From contig CM097885.1 of NCBI GenBank assembly GCA_044892525.1, positions 8,744,001 to 8,808,000 on the forward strand: a stretch of 64,000 bases of DNA, in the 5' to 3' direction. Below, in pieces: positions 21,445-36,333 of this stretch. The DNA is from Schmidtea polychroa (lineage: Eukaryota). Under the pieces are notes generated by a model. That model was not told the origin of the DNA and did no database searches. It was given only the letters and a program-made list of their open reading frames with translations. The position numbers and the translations under genes were made by a program. Position 1 is the first letter of the stretch. Every line of letters begins with the position of its first letter.

Positions 21445-22650
21445 TTTTTCAATTAAAGTAAATAATGGTCCTAAAAATTTAAATTACAGTAAATTATGGT
21501 CCAAATTTTTCAAATACAGTAAATTATGGTCCTAAAAAATTAGATTACAGTAAATAATGGTCAAAAATTTAGAATTACAGTAAATTATGGTTCTAAAAAT
21601 TAAATTACAGTAAATAATGGTTCTAAAAAATTAAATTACAGTAAATAATCGTTCTAAAAATTAAATTACAGTAAATTATGGCTCAAATTTTTGAATTACA
21701 GTAAATTATGGGTCTAAAAAATTAAATTAAATTAAATAATGGTCCAAATTTTTCAATTACAGTAAATTATGGTCCTAAAAAATTAAATTACAGTAAATTA
21801 TGGTTCTAAAAATTAAATTACAGTAAATAATCGTTCTAAAAATTAAATTACAGTAAATTATGGCTCAAATTTTTGAATTACAGTAAATTATGGGTCTAAA
21901 AAATTAAATTACAGTAAATAATGGTCCAGATTTTTCCATTACAGTAAATTATGGTCCTAAAAAATTAAATTACAGTAAATTATGGCTCAAATTTTTCAAT
22001 TAAAGTAAATTATGGTCAAAATTTTTGAATTACAGTAAATTTTGGGTCTAAAAATTAAATTAAAGTAAATTATGGTTCTAAAAATTAAATTAAAAGTAAA
22101 TTATGGGTCTAAAAATTAAATCACAGTAAATTATGGTCCTATAAAATTAAATTACAGTAAATTAAATTACAGTTAATTATGGTCCAAATTTTTGAATTAC
22201 AGTAAATTATGGTCAATAATTATGAATTACAGTAAATTATGGCCAAAATTTTTTAATTACAGTAAATTATGGTCCAAAAATTTAAATTAAAGTAAATTAT
22301 GGTTCTAAAAATTGAATTAAAGTAAATAATGGTCCAAATTTTTAAATTAAAGTAAATTTAAGTTCTTAAAACTTAAATTAAAGTAAATAATGGTCCAAAT
22401 TTTTCAAATACAGTAAATTATGGGTCAAAAAATTAAATTACAGTAAATTAAGGTTCTAAAAAATTAAAATAAAGTAAATTAAGGTCAAAATTTTTAAATT
22501 AAGTAATCAATGGTAAAAATTTAAATTAAAGTTAAATAAGTAAATTAAAGTAATAATTTTTAAATAAGTAAATTAAAGTAAATTAAAGTAATAATTTTTA
22601 AATAAGTAAATTAAAGTAATGTAATAAGTAAATTAAAGTAAGATTTTAAA
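21445..22650 (+). repeat. ~30-31 bp AT-rich satellite (also ~41141-42346, ~60798-62003)
   Basis: AAATTACAGTAAATTATGGT(C/T)CTAAAAAATT repeated more than 30 times and decaying rightwards. Confidence 0.92.
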
Positions 22651-22689
22651 ATTTATTAACAAAAAGTTGAAGGTGTTTGAGAATTGAAA

Positions 22690-22910
22690 TTTTTTAATGA
22701 AAATTTTTATGGAATAATTTTTTAAGTAATTTTTAATGGAAATTTTTATGAAATAACTTTTTAAGTTAATTTTTAATGGAAATTTTTATGAAATAATTAT
22801 TTAAGTTAATTTTTAATGGAAATTTTTATGAAATATTTTTCAATGATAATTTTAGATTGAAATTTTTAAGATAATTTTTAATGAAAATTTTTATGAAATA
22901 TTTTTCAAAG
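22690..22910 (+). repeat. 31-bp repeat TTTTTAATGGAAATTTTTATGAAATAA
   Basis: Tandem copies. Copy 3 of the array has two fewer units. Confidence 0.8.
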
Positions 22911-22929
22911 ACAAATTTTAATAATAATT

Positions 22930-24540
22930 CAACAACAAACCAACAACTTAGTACCAACAACCAGTAACGTACGAACATGTATTAACAACCAGATACCTAC
23001 AACTAGTTACTAACAACTAGATACCAAGTACCTACAACTACCTACCCATTAACTAGCAACCAAGTACTAACAACCAGGTCTCAAACAACTAGATACTAAC
23101 AAACAGTTACCAAGTACCTACAACCACCTAGCCATTAACTAGCTACAACCACCTACCCATTAACTAGCTACCAAGTACTAACAACCAGGCCTCAAATAAC
23201 TAAATACTAACAACCAAAAACATGCAACCAACTTGCTACCAAGTACTAACAACCAACAACAACCAGGTACTAAGCATTAATTACCAACTACTAAGTACCT
23301 ACAACCTACAACTAGATACCAAGTACTATCAACCAAAAACAACCAACCAACTAGGTACTAGATACCAAGTACTCACAACCGACAACAACCAAGTACTAAG
23401 CATTATTAACCAACTACTAAGTACCTACAACTAGATACTAACAACCAAAAACAACCAACCAACTAGGTACTAGATACCAAGTACTAACAACCTACAACAA
23501 CTAGGTACTAAGCATTATCAACCAAGTACCTAAAACCACCTAACAAGTACATACAACCAACATCAACCAAGTACTAAGCATTAATTACCACCTACCCATT
23601 AACTAGCTACCAAGTACTAACAACCAGGTCTCAAACAACTAAATACTAACAACCAGTTACCAACTACTAAGTAGCTACAACCAACTAGTTACCTGATACC
23701 AAGTACTTACAACTAAATACTAACAACCAGTTACCTGATACCTAGTACTTACAACCAACAACAACCAAGTACTAAGCATTATCAACCAACTAAATACTAA
23801 ACACTAACAACCAACCAACTAGGTACTAGATAGCAAGTACTTACAACCAACATCAACCAGATACCTACAACTAGATACTAACAACCAGTTACCTGCTACC
23901 AAGTACTTACAACTAGATACCACGTACTAACTAACTCTCAACCCCACCTACCCATTAACTAGCTACTAAGTACTAACAACCAGCTAACAACTAGATACCA
24001 AGTACTTACAACCAACATCAACCAGGTACTAAGCATTATCAACCAACTAAATACTAAGTACTAACAACCAACCAACTAGGTACTAGATACCAAGTACTTA
24101 CAACCAACATCAACCAGGTACTAAGCATTATCAACCAACTACTAAGTACCTACAACCAACTAGCTACCACCTACCAAGTACTAACAACCAGTTACCTGAT
24201 ACCAAGTACTAACAACCTACAACAATTAGCTAACAACTAACTACCACCTACCAAGTACCTACAACTAGATACTAACAACCAGTTACCCATTAACTAGCTA
24301 CAACCAGCACTCAACTAGCTACCAACTACTAAGTACCTACAACCAACTAGCTACCACCTACCAAGTACTAACAACCAGTTACCAACTACTAAGCATTAAT
24401 ATCCTACAACTAGTTACTAACAACTAGATACCAAGTACATACAACCAGACACTAAGCATTATCAACCAAGTACTAACAACCAAGTAACTTGCCTAGTACT
24501 AAGCACTGTCAACTAGATACCAAACACTTACAACCAGATG
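22930..24540 (+). repeat. A/C-rich scrambled satellite (also ~42626-44236, ~62245-63980; inverted decayed copies at ~8650-8790 and ~11330-11845)
   Basis: Shuffled words CAACTAGATACC, AAGTACTAACAACC, CCACCTACCCATTAACTAGC, with strong strand skew. Confidence 0.9.
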
Positions 24541-24851
24541 ACCACATGAAATTATTGGTTAAATATGAAAATAAGGATTATATTTAGTTGTTAAGTAAAT
24601 TATGGTGTAAAATTAAGAAATAAAGAATAATTAGGTAAATTAAGGATAAGTAAATTAAAGTTAAAAATTTTAAATTAAAGAAAACAATGGTTCAAAATTT
24701 AAAATTAAGTATCCAATGGTTCAAATTTTAAATTAAAGCTAAATAAGTAAATTAAAGTAAGATTTTTAAATTTATTATCAAAAGATTGAATAACCACCAA
24801 CTTTTTTGAGAAATGTAATTTATAATGAGAATTTAAATGGAAATTTTAATG

Positions 24852-24912
<61 letters not shown>

Positions 24913-25400
24913 TCAACAGTTCCCAACAATCGGTTACTAAATATTTTTAACTAGATGCTAACAAATAAATACCAAATACTTTCAACATGATCCCACATAC
25001 TAACTAACTAACTCTCAAACAACCAAGTAAAAACAATCAAGTACCAACAATCAACTAAATATTCTTTATTGTATTTTATGAATTGTATTTTTTATACAGC
25101 TTCTATAATAATTTTAATTACAATCAGTAGAAAAACCTTTTCAAAATGTCTAAATTTAACAAAAATGTTGATTTTCATCAAAAAACCACAGCTCAATCAC
25201 TTTAAAACACCACGTGAAATTCAAAATAATTTAAATTACAATGAAAGACTAATGAATTCTAATTTACAAAACATTCTTCTTTTAAATGATAACTACTGAC
25301 TTATTATTGCAATGTAAAAATCGCATTCAATAAATACTTATTGTTGATCAGTTTTATTATATATACTCTGAGTTTATCCGACAGGATGTTTTGACCCCCT

Positions 25401-25484
25401 AAGGGTACAGGTCGTAAGGGTACTGGTCGTAAGGGTATTAGTCGTAAGGGTACTGGTCGTAAAGGTACTAGTCGTAGGGGTATT
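25401..25484 (+). repeat. 15-bp tandem repeat x5 attached to the hairpin module (also ~45091-45174)
   Basis: AAGGGTACTGGTCGT and variants. Confidence 0.85.
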
Positions 25485-25534
25485 GATCACTCTCAATCCC
25501 CACCTACTCATTAATTAGCTACCATGTAAATAAA

Positions 25535-25601
<67 letters not shown>

Positions 25602-25750
25602 CTTTAAACAGCTTGCAAGGTTACTAGTCATGCTTATTATACATTTGATGGTTACAATTTCTACATTTTGAAAACTATATTTTGATTGGCTATCACAATT
25701 TTATAAATGTAAGAACAAAAGTAATTTAGTTATTAAGAAATTTATTACTA

Positions 25751-26389
25751 ATGATTTCTATAAATAAAACTGATGAATGTGTAACACATTTGGTAACTTT
25801 ATTATTTTGTCAATATTTTTTTTATATATACCATTTATAGCAAGGAAGTCCTACTAGAAATAAGGAAAAATTATGTCCAACCTATTCCGAAATTTCATTG
25901 AAATTTTTTAACAACACAGTTGAAGATTTTATAAATAATCATGATACTTACAGTGATAAGCAACTCATAAATATTTTAAAGATTTTCAAACATTCCTCTA
26001 TTGAATATTTGTTTGATTTATTTAATTATGAGAAATCCATTTTAAAGTTATCTTGTTATTTAATGTACTTAGAAAAAATAGCAGTAAACAATGATTCACT
26101 GAATGAATACTTTTGGAGTTGTATGTATTTAAGGTTGAAACCTGGATATAGTAGATTGATTTATGATTGGATAGCAAAAACCGATTTGATTGAAAATAAG
26201 CTAACGAAAAAACTGAACGAGGTTAAGAAAAGGTATTTAACTTGTTCAATTTGTAAAGAAAATCGAGTTTCGGTTTTGTATTTACCACGTGGTCATGTAA
26301 TTGTTTGTTCTAAGTGTCACGAGAAGAATGTTCGCAAGTGTCAAGCCTGTTCAACATTGATTAATGAATATCATACTATATATATTTAG
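25751..26389 (+). CDS. RING protein, copy 2
   Basis: Same translation as 6093-6731. Confidence 0.7.
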
Positions 26390-26551
26390 TTTACCTTTGT
26401 TAATTTTACATTATTTTATTGTTTAAATAAATGTATGTTTTGTTGATTTGTTGATTTGTTGAGCGTGACCAGTACCCTTGTGAGCATTACCCATAGGGGG
26501 ACAAAATATTTTGTCGGATAGACTCGGAGTATATAGACTCGGTGTATATAG

Positions 26552-26644
<93 letters not shown>

Positions 26645-29110
26645 TATAATATCTTTAGATATAGTAATCCTAATAACACGATATATGGCTCATTCGAAAG
26701 GCCTTGGATTGAGCTTTAAAATGAGCTATCGATTATTAATTTTCGTTGACGGGAACTTTGAAAAAAAAAATTTAAAATAAAATAATAATATTTTTTAAAA
26801 ATAATAATAAAAATAATAATATTTTTAAAAATAATAATATGACCTTGATGACTCATCGCGATGACTCATATGACCTTGAGAATGACCTTGGATGAGTCAT
26901 GCGACCTTGAAAATGACCTTGATGAGTCATATGACCTTGAGAATGACATTGAATGAGTCATATGACCTTGAGAATGACCTTGAATGAGTCATATGACCTT
27001 GAGAATGACCTTGAATGAGCCATGGTCTTTGTTTAAATGACCTTGAAAATTTTTATGACTCATCGGATGAGTCATATGACCTTGAAAATGACATTGATGA
27101 GTCATAGTATGAGTCACATGACCTTGAAAATGATCTTGATGAGTCATGGGCTTTGTTTAAATGACCCCGAGAAAATTTTTTGACCTTGATGAGTCATATT
27201 ATGAGTCATATGACCTTGAAAATGATCTTGATGAGTCATGGTCTTTGTTTAAATGACCTTGAGAATTTTGATGAGTCATAGGATGAGTCATGGTCTTTGT
27301 TTCAATGACCTTGATAAGTCATATGTCTTTGTTTAAATTTGACCTTGAAAAAAAATGTACTTTTAGACTTAGAATATTTTTGAAAATCTTACCGACGGGG
27401 GAGGGGGGGTACTGTGCTAGCGGTGCCCTGTGCCAGCGGTGCCCAATCCATCTACTGCTATATAGTAAGAGCTCACTAAAAGATCAAAAATAAAGTTTTT
27501 CTACAAATATTTCGCCCATCAAATACTAAATAGAAATGATATATATTGATTGATTATAATTCTTCAGCTATTCAGCCAATCATTTTCAAGCAAAAATAGC
27601 AAACTAAATCACAAATTTCAGTACAATAATTTTCAAGTAAATTTAAATTCCTTGATAAAGTTAACTGGTTTCTTAGCTTATGTTTTTTAAAAGTTCATCA
27701 ATGTGTAAATGGAAAAAATATTCTTCGAAAATTATTGAAAAGATTATTTAGTCAAATATCATTATAAAGTCATCAAAAAGTAAACCTATCACTTGATTAT
27801 TAACCTAACAGTCATTAAAAATTAATTTTTATATAAAATTAAAATACAAGTCAAAAGGATTTAGCAAATTATCAAGAAAATCCATTAAAATCACCATTAA
27901 AAATTTAATTTTTAATCAATCAACATGAAATTCATAAAACTATTAAGTCAAATTCAATATCATTACAAAGTCATAATCAAATTAAATACTTATCTTTAAA
28001 TTCTAATCTTTAAAGACAGAGATATTTCAAGGAAATTTGATGTTTTTAGATGATTTTATTAGAGAATTCTGTTGGATACAACAAATGGTAAAATATTGTC
28101 ATTTAAATGAATTTACTGGTTTAGTAGATGTTATCAATAGTGGGCTTAAATCAATCTCTTTTGTTATTTGTTTCTAAGATATTGTTGACTTTGATAATTT
28201 TTAATGAATTTATGCTGAATATTTGGAATATTTTGAGCAATCAGTCAATAAATTTGAGTATATATATTTTATTATTAAAAATATTAATATAAGGTATCTG
28301 GTTGTGAGTATCTAGTTGTAGGTATCTGGATGTAAATACGTGTTCGTAAGTTACTGGTTGATGATAATAAGTTTTTAGTATCTTGTACTTGGTAGTTGGT
28401 AGCTGATTGTTGGTTTGTTGTTGAATTAATATTATCAAACATAATTATTTAAATTTGTCTTTGAAAAATATATCATTAAAATTTTCATTAAAAATTATCT
28501 TAAAAAATTATTCCATAAAAATTTTCATTAATATTTATTTAAAAAATTATTTCATAAAAATTCTATTACAAATTGACTTAAAAAAGTCATAATCAACAAA
28601 ATTTATCCTATCACTTGATTATTATACAAACCTATCTGTCATTAAAAATATATTTTTTATTTAAAATTTTAAAACAAGTCAATAAAAACACAGCAAATTA
28701 TCAAAAAATTAATTAAATTTACCTTAAAATTAACAATAAATTTTTAAATATTCTTTCAATCAACATGAAATTCACGAAAATGATAGAAATTCACAAAAAT
28801 GATAGAAATTCACAAAAATGATAGAAATTTACAAAAATGATAGATATATACATGAATATTTACTAAAACCATCAATTCTAGAAAACTACTAATGAATGCC
28901 TTCAACAACAAATTTACCTAAATAAACATTCAAATAAAGTATTAAAACCAAATACTGGTCGAAACAATTATTATTATTATTATTATCATTATTATTTTCA
29001 AAGTATCATTTTCAAAATATTTTTTCTTTATTATTATTATTATTATTGAATAAATAGTTAAACATCCATGGCAATGATTTAATTATAAGATAACGCCAAT
29101 CAAACATTCT

Positions 29111-29155
29111 TTTCACGATTAATTTCGACAGTTTTCCTGTCATCATCAGGTGGGA
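29111..29155 (-). ncRNA. Minimal hammerhead ribozyme motif, copy 2
   Basis: Identical to 9469-9513. Confidence 0.7.
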
Positions 29156-32100
29156 TATAATAACTCATTAAATTAAGGATTTTAAACAAATTTAGTTATA
29201 TACAAAAAATTTTATTCATTTTATAAAAAAATATATTTTTTTTTGAAAATTTTAACATTTAAAATTTAATTTAATAATTTGAAAATATTTTATTTATTAT
29301 TTAATTTAACACAAAAATCAATACATACAATACACAAAGGTTTATTTAAAAACACCCAACACACAAGTATTTACTGCATTCTGCACATTAATTTTCGGAT
29401 TCAATGATTTTATCAACAACAATAAATAAAAATTTTAAACGATGAGTCATCGATGAGTCTTTGTCTATATGTCTTTGTTTAAATGTAATTGTTTAAATAT
29501 TTGTTTACACGTCTTTGTTTAAATGTAATTGTTTAAATATTTGTTTACACGTCTTTGTTTAAATGTCTTTGTTCAAATATTTGTTTACGTGTCTTTGTTT
29601 AAATATTTGTTTACATGTCTTTGTTTAAATGTCTTTATTAAAAATAATGAGTCACATGTACTTTAATGATGAGTAATCGTCTTTGTTTAAAATGTTGAGT
29701 CATATGTATTTTAACGACCTTGATGGCGGCTTCTTGATGATCGGAACTGCCGCAGGAGTTCCTGAGATAGATGATGCGATAGCAGTGAACCGTCCGTGTG
29801 TATCCCGGCACGAAAATCGATAATATTCTGTATCTGCTTTCGGATTGTGATCTAGAGATCACAAGTGATCCCTTGAACCTAGACTAGACACTTCTCGATT
29901 GTGTGGAATTTTTTATATAACTTGTGAACATCGTAACCATGTTGCTAATAGCCTTCTACACTTCCTGACCAAAATCCCGACTTTTTTGGATTGAAGGGCC
30001 ACCTCCGATATGTAAGGCATTACGTCATGGCCAAATTTCGCCATTTGATACATGCTATAACTGCTTTTTTTTTAAATAAGCTTAAAGCGCTATTGAAGTT
30101 TTCCAACTTACCACCAGTAGATATGACTTCATCCGAGTATCTGCTTATTACTTTTCTTTCTCTTCCTTGTTTATTTATTTCTCGCATCTTTTTGCTATTT
30201 TTCTTTCAGTGAATTGAATTTGAATTCTTCGCATTTTCCTTCATGTTTCTTCGTTTCAAATAAACTAATGGTAAAATATTTTTAATTTTTACTTTTTTAT
30301 TTTCAAATTATTTTAGACTTCGAAATATTTTTAATTTGCATTTTCTAATTAAAATATATTCAATTAAAATATTGATTTAAATAATTTTTGAAAAATAAGC
30401 TGTTTTTAAATTATGATTTGAATACATTGTTGGTATCTAGTTGCTAGTTGTTGGTATCCAATTGTTAACTGATCCTTAGTATCTAGTTAATGGGTAGGTT
30501 GGGAGGGGTTGAGTGTGACCAATACCCTTACGACCAATACCCATAGGGGACAAAACATCCTGTCGGATAAAATCAGACTATATATAATAAATCGAATTAA
30601 CAATGACTACTTATTGAATAAGCATGAAATTTTTACTTTGCAATAATAAATCAGTACGTATGTTAGTAATCAATTAAAAGTTAAGCAGATCTTTTGTGAA
30701 TAAAAATTATAATTCTATAGTCTTTCGTTGTAATTTTAAAATATTTAAATTATTTTCAATTCCATGTGGTGTTTTAAAGTGGCTGAGTTGACAATTATTC
30801 ATTTTTTTAACGAAAATCATCATTTTTGATAAATTTATACATTTTTCTTAGAAAGGTTTTTCTACTGTTTGTAATTCAAAATATTTATGAATTCTAACAC
30901 AAATAAAAAATTTTATTTATTTGAAAAGTATTTGATAAAATACAATGAAGAATATTTAGTTAGTTGAAAGTTTTAAGTATCTAGATGTTTGAGAGTTAGT
31001 ACTTTGTATTTGGTATTTAGTTGGTTGCTTGTGAGGATATATTGTTGGTATCTAGTTGTTTGTTGGCTGTTGTAATCTAGTTGTAGGTTGGTATTTGTTA
31101 ATTTCTCGATTGGATTTGTTGTTGGTTGTTAGTACTTGGTACATAGTTGTTGGTAAATGGTTTTAAGTACATGGTAGTAAGTATCCGGTTGTAAGTACTT
31201 AGTTGTATGTATTTGGTACTTATTTATTAGTACCTAGTTAAAAATTCTTAGCAGCTGATAGTTGGTACTTGGTGTTTGATTGTAAATAGTACCAAGATAG
31301 TATCTAGTGGAAAGCTGTTTGTTAGAAGTACATAGTTGTTAGTATTTGGTTGTAAGTATCTGGTGGGTTGTTAGTTCCTAGTGGTTGACACTAATCTGTT
31401 AGTATCTAGTTTTTTGTTGGTTGTTAGCACATGGTACTTGGTATCTAGTTTTAAGTACTTGGTTGTTGTTGGTATCTAGTTGTTGAATTATTATTACTAT
31501 TATTAGGATTCTCATCTATCTTCTCGACTCCAGCATGACACAATAGTCTATGTATTTCCTTTATGGTTTCTTGTATCTCGTTTTCAGGTATCATCGTTTT
31601 CTTTCGTAATTCTTCTTCCAAATTTATTTGTTGATTGGTGCTCCTACCTTCTTCTCTGATCGAGTCTAGTAATCTAGTTTTTATCTTTCCTTTCTTAAAT
31701 TCTTCGTGAGCCATTTGACATTGAACACACGTTTCACATTTAGTTCTGGACACCATGTCTGCATTTTGGTGATTAACACCCTTTCTATATTCAACGATTA
31801 TATCCAAACTGCTCAAATAATTGATCCAGGTTTGGAATTGAGAAGTAATTGGCTTTTTGGTTGTCATCATAAACGTGATCGCCTTGTGATCTGTCCATAG
31901 CGTGAATCTTCTTCCGTAGAGATAGTGCTTAAAATGAATACAAAAAAATTATTACTGCATTCTGCACATTAATTTTCGGATTCAATGATTTTATCAACAA
32001 CAATAAATAAAAATTTTAAACGATGAGTCATCGATGAGTATTTGTCTATATTTATAATTATCATGAAAAAATTTGAAATATTTTAATAATTTCATAATGA

Positions 32101-32806
32101 AATATTTAATTGATTTTTTCATAATTATTGATTCGAAACTTATTCGAATAAGACAAAATATTTGCATTTTTAACATTTTCACGAATAATTATTTTATTTA
32201 TTTATTCGTTTTACTACAAATTTTCATTATCCCGATTGACTTATTTTAATTATTTCATAAAATTCTTGATTCAAGATTTAGATTAAATCTTCTGAGTGAA
32301 TTATATTCTAATATTTGGATCAGTGAAATATCCTTATCCAATTGTGGATCATTCCCAATATTTATAACCATAACGAAATCATTATTTCAAAGACCAAAAC
32401 CCAAAAATTTCTGAATACATTAACAACCCGTTTAGTGTTTCCCAATAATATTTTATGAAAAATGTTTATTTTTATATTTTGATCTATTTTTAATTTGTAT
32501 TTTCCGTTTAAAAATGTTCTTTAAATTTCCATAAAAATTTTACTTTTTGTTATAAAAATTTAATTTAAATAATTTTATAAGATTTAAAATAAATGAATAT
32601 TTAAAATAAACACTGAAAATTAACATTAATAAAATATCGAATTTCGCTCAATGCTAAAATAAAATATTTATAAATTGTTTGTTTATCTACATTAAAATAC
32701 AAATTAAAAATATTGAAATTGTAAACGTCAGAGGAAATAATTAATATAATAAGTAAGATTTATGAATGTTGTTAAATGTTAAAAATTTATAAATGTAATA
32801 GGAATA

Positions 32807-33898
32807 ATGAAGAGCAATAAATTTAAATTCGATAACAATCAGCCAATCAGATGTCCATTTAATAAAATTGGATGCGAAATGAATGAAGTGGTGAATAACG
32901 AAATGAAAGTCCATCTCAATGAGAACATTGAAAGCCATAGCAAATTATTGATTGATCAGATCAGTAATTTATGCAATGAGATGCAATCAATGAGAGATGA
33001 GAATATGCATTTGCCTAACGAAGTTATTGAATTGAAAGGAGAAATCACGCAATTCAAACAACAATTTAATAATATCAATGTAAAATTTTATTTGTAATTA
33101 ATTTTATTTGTATTTGTAATTGGAGATGAAATTGTGCAATATTGAAAGGGAAGAAGTGCACAACAGAGGGGAATTCGATAAATTGAATGAGGAAATGGTG
33201 GCAGTGAAGAATGACAATCACTCATTGAGAATGAAGATGGAGACAAATATTGGATCAACCAATCAAGTTTGATTATTTATTTGATTTGTTATTGATTTGT
33301 TATTGATGCGAAGCAGATCAGACAGCAAGTTGGTGAGACGAAAAAGAAATGCGAGCAGCGTCTGCAACAGGAAAATGAAAAGGTTAATTATTGAATTATT
33401 ATTGAAATATTTGAATTTTCGATTCAGTTGCAGCTTGAAATGACGAAATGCACAAATGAAAAAAATATAAATTATGGATTTTTTGAATGGAACATCGATA
33501 AATTATCACAACAAAAGAGAAGTCAATATATTTACAGCGAGTCATTTTATTCAGGGCTAGTTGGTTACAAAATGTGCTTGAGGATGATGATTAGGGTTTC
33601 TAAGGGTCATGGGGATGCAATTTGGGTTGGTTTCTGTTTGATGCGTGGGGAAAATGATAAGCAGTTGGATTGGCCGTTCAAACAATCTGTGACAATCGAT
33701 GTGATCGATCCAGCAAATGGCAACATTTATAAGAGTCAGTCGACAAATTATTCAGATCGCCCTCGTGATGCCGGATGGAAGAAACCGTCAAAGGACAGAA
33801 ATGATTCAATTGGCATTTATCATTGTGATGTCTCAATCTATGAATTTGCAGCCAAAAATAATAAATTGCTGCTCAGATGCAGAATTGAAAAATTATGA
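32807..33898 (+). CDS. TRAF-like protein, copy 2
   Basis: Same exon structure and translation. Confidence 0.88.
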
Positions 33899-35188
33899 GA
33901 AATTTAAAAAAGCATTTCAATAAAAATTGATTTATTTTGGCTTTTCATCAGTTTTATTATTTTGGAAATATTTGCTAAAAAAACATTTTTAAAAAATCAG
34001 TTTATTGATGCATTTGGCCAATTATAAACTAATTGCAACATTAGTATGCTGTGGATCAGTTGTAACCATATTCAATGTTGATTGGATGGTTTCGGGTTCG
34101 GGTTCGGTTTCAGTCTCTGGAAAATATAATTATTGAAAAAATTCTTTAGTAAAATTCAATATCATTATAAAGTCATCATCAAAATTAAGAGAAATATCCA
34201 ATCACTTGATTATTGTAAAAACTGTAGACGGTTGGATGTTTAAATGGGTCAAAATATTTGGTGAGGGACTGGTGGAATCTTTTGAATATTTAAATGGGTG
34301 AAGTTTTATTGGAAATGTTTTATGATGAAATTACAATAGGGGAAATAGTGAATCAATAATAGTTCCTGTGTTGGTGTAACAGTTATTTTCATAACACAAA
34401 ATCTATTTCATCAAGGTGGTGCACATCGAACACTTGATTGATTTTCTTGCACGTCAAGCTTACCCTAATAACCGTAATTTTCTTATCAAAGCATTTCAAG
34501 TTGCTACGAAAATACCGCATGGATATATATTTCTCGATTTCACACAACAATGTCCTGATGATATACGGATAAAAACAGATATTTTCAACCCAAAAGGTGC
34601 CATGGTTTATAAACAAAGTTCAAAACAAATTTGAAAACATATAAATCATGTTTTCAAAAACAAGGATATCAGGTTAAAAACAACTAAAAGTTCCACCAAC
34701 AACTAGTTATACTCCATCTAAAGAACTTATTACAGAAAATATTTCTGCAATGAATCTTATTTCGAAAAATCCTAAACCTCTAACCTAAAAGTAAAACAAG
34801 TAAGAAAGTAAAAGTTGTTAAAAATCATCGGAGTTTCCCGTTTTTTAATACATTGTTAAAGGCACCAAGTATGAAAAGAAACAGTATTTTGCAATCATTT
34901 CCAAATTATATTGTCGATATTATACTTAAAGTAGTCAAAGGCAAGATTAAAATCAGTAAATCTAAAAAGCAATTACTGAGTAAAGAAAACCTTTGTTATC
35001 ATTAGTAAATAATAAAAATCGTCAACAAATGAGAAAAATTATATATAAACAACAAGGGAAATTTATCGGTGCATTGATACCTTTAGCAATATCATTATTA
35101 GGTGGAATAATAGGAAGTCGATCATAAACAATGAGTGCTAATCCTTCATTACCCGACATTAAATTTAATATTAAATCTTCTTGTTGTA

Positions 35189-35580
35189 ATGGATAAGATT
35201 TGGACGAACCCCGAAGACGAAGCCGGTTTTGGTGGAGTCGCAAAAATAAAGAAAAGAGTTCCGAATTCGAAAAAGGAAACCCAGAAGTTTGAACAGTTTG
35301 TACAGTTTGAACAAACCAATGCAGAAACGATTTCCAACAAGAGCATATAAAACATGGAATAAATGATTTATGGCAAATGGATTTGATGGAGATGATACCC
35401 TATTCGAAAATTAACATTCGGTATAAATATATTTTAACATGTATTGACGTATTCAGTTGGTTTGCTCGAGCAATACCAGTCAAGGTCAAAATCTGCAGAT
35501 GAAATGTCAAAAGCTGTTAATAATTTATTTAAAAAGGACATCCTAATAACTTGCAAACGGATTTAGGTAATATTATTAAA

Positions 35581-35645
<65 letters not shown>

Positions 35646-35652
35646 GATTATG

Positions 35653-35705
<53 letters not shown>

Positions 35706-36333
35706 AGGTAAAGAATTCTACAACAGTAAAGTCAAGCAAATCCTCAATAAATTGAATATAAACCATTACTCGGTACATTATCAATACAAAGCTGCTCATG
35801 TTGAAAGATTTAAATGAACATTGAGAGATAGATTAAAGAAATTCTTTGTACATCAAGGTAATAAAAAATGGATATTGGTTTTACCAAAAATAATAACCAG
35901 TTATAATCATTCATCACATCGAGGACTGAATAGATTAATGCCGATTGATATCACTTCAAAAACATTCTATTCTACAAAACCTGTAAAAATTACAAAACCT
36001 AAATATAAAGTAGGTGACCATGTTAGAATTAGTAAAATTAGTGCATCACCATTTATTAAACATTTCGATACAAATTAGAATGATGAAGTCTTTGTAATTT
36101 CAAAAGTAAATACTAGCCAGAGTCCTGTAATGATTGTCATCAAAGACAATGATAATAATATTGTACAAGGAAAATTTTATGAGCAAGAATTACAAGTTAT
36201 TCCTCCTCCAAAAGTATTTAGAATTCAAAAGATATTGAAAACTAAAAAGGTCGGCAAGGATAAACAATACTATGTCAAGTGGCATGGATATCAAAACCCA
36301 TCATGGATATCAGAAAAGGACCTAGTAAAGTGA
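35189..36333 (+). pseudogene. Disrupted Polinton integrase, copy 2
   Basis: As copy 1. Intron 35567-35707 is 141 nt. Confidence 0.88.

Noticed and set aside
20633..22500. CRISPR-like array
   Set aside because: Sequences between the conserved words are themselves repeated rather than unique spacers, there are no cas genes, and the context is eukaryotic.
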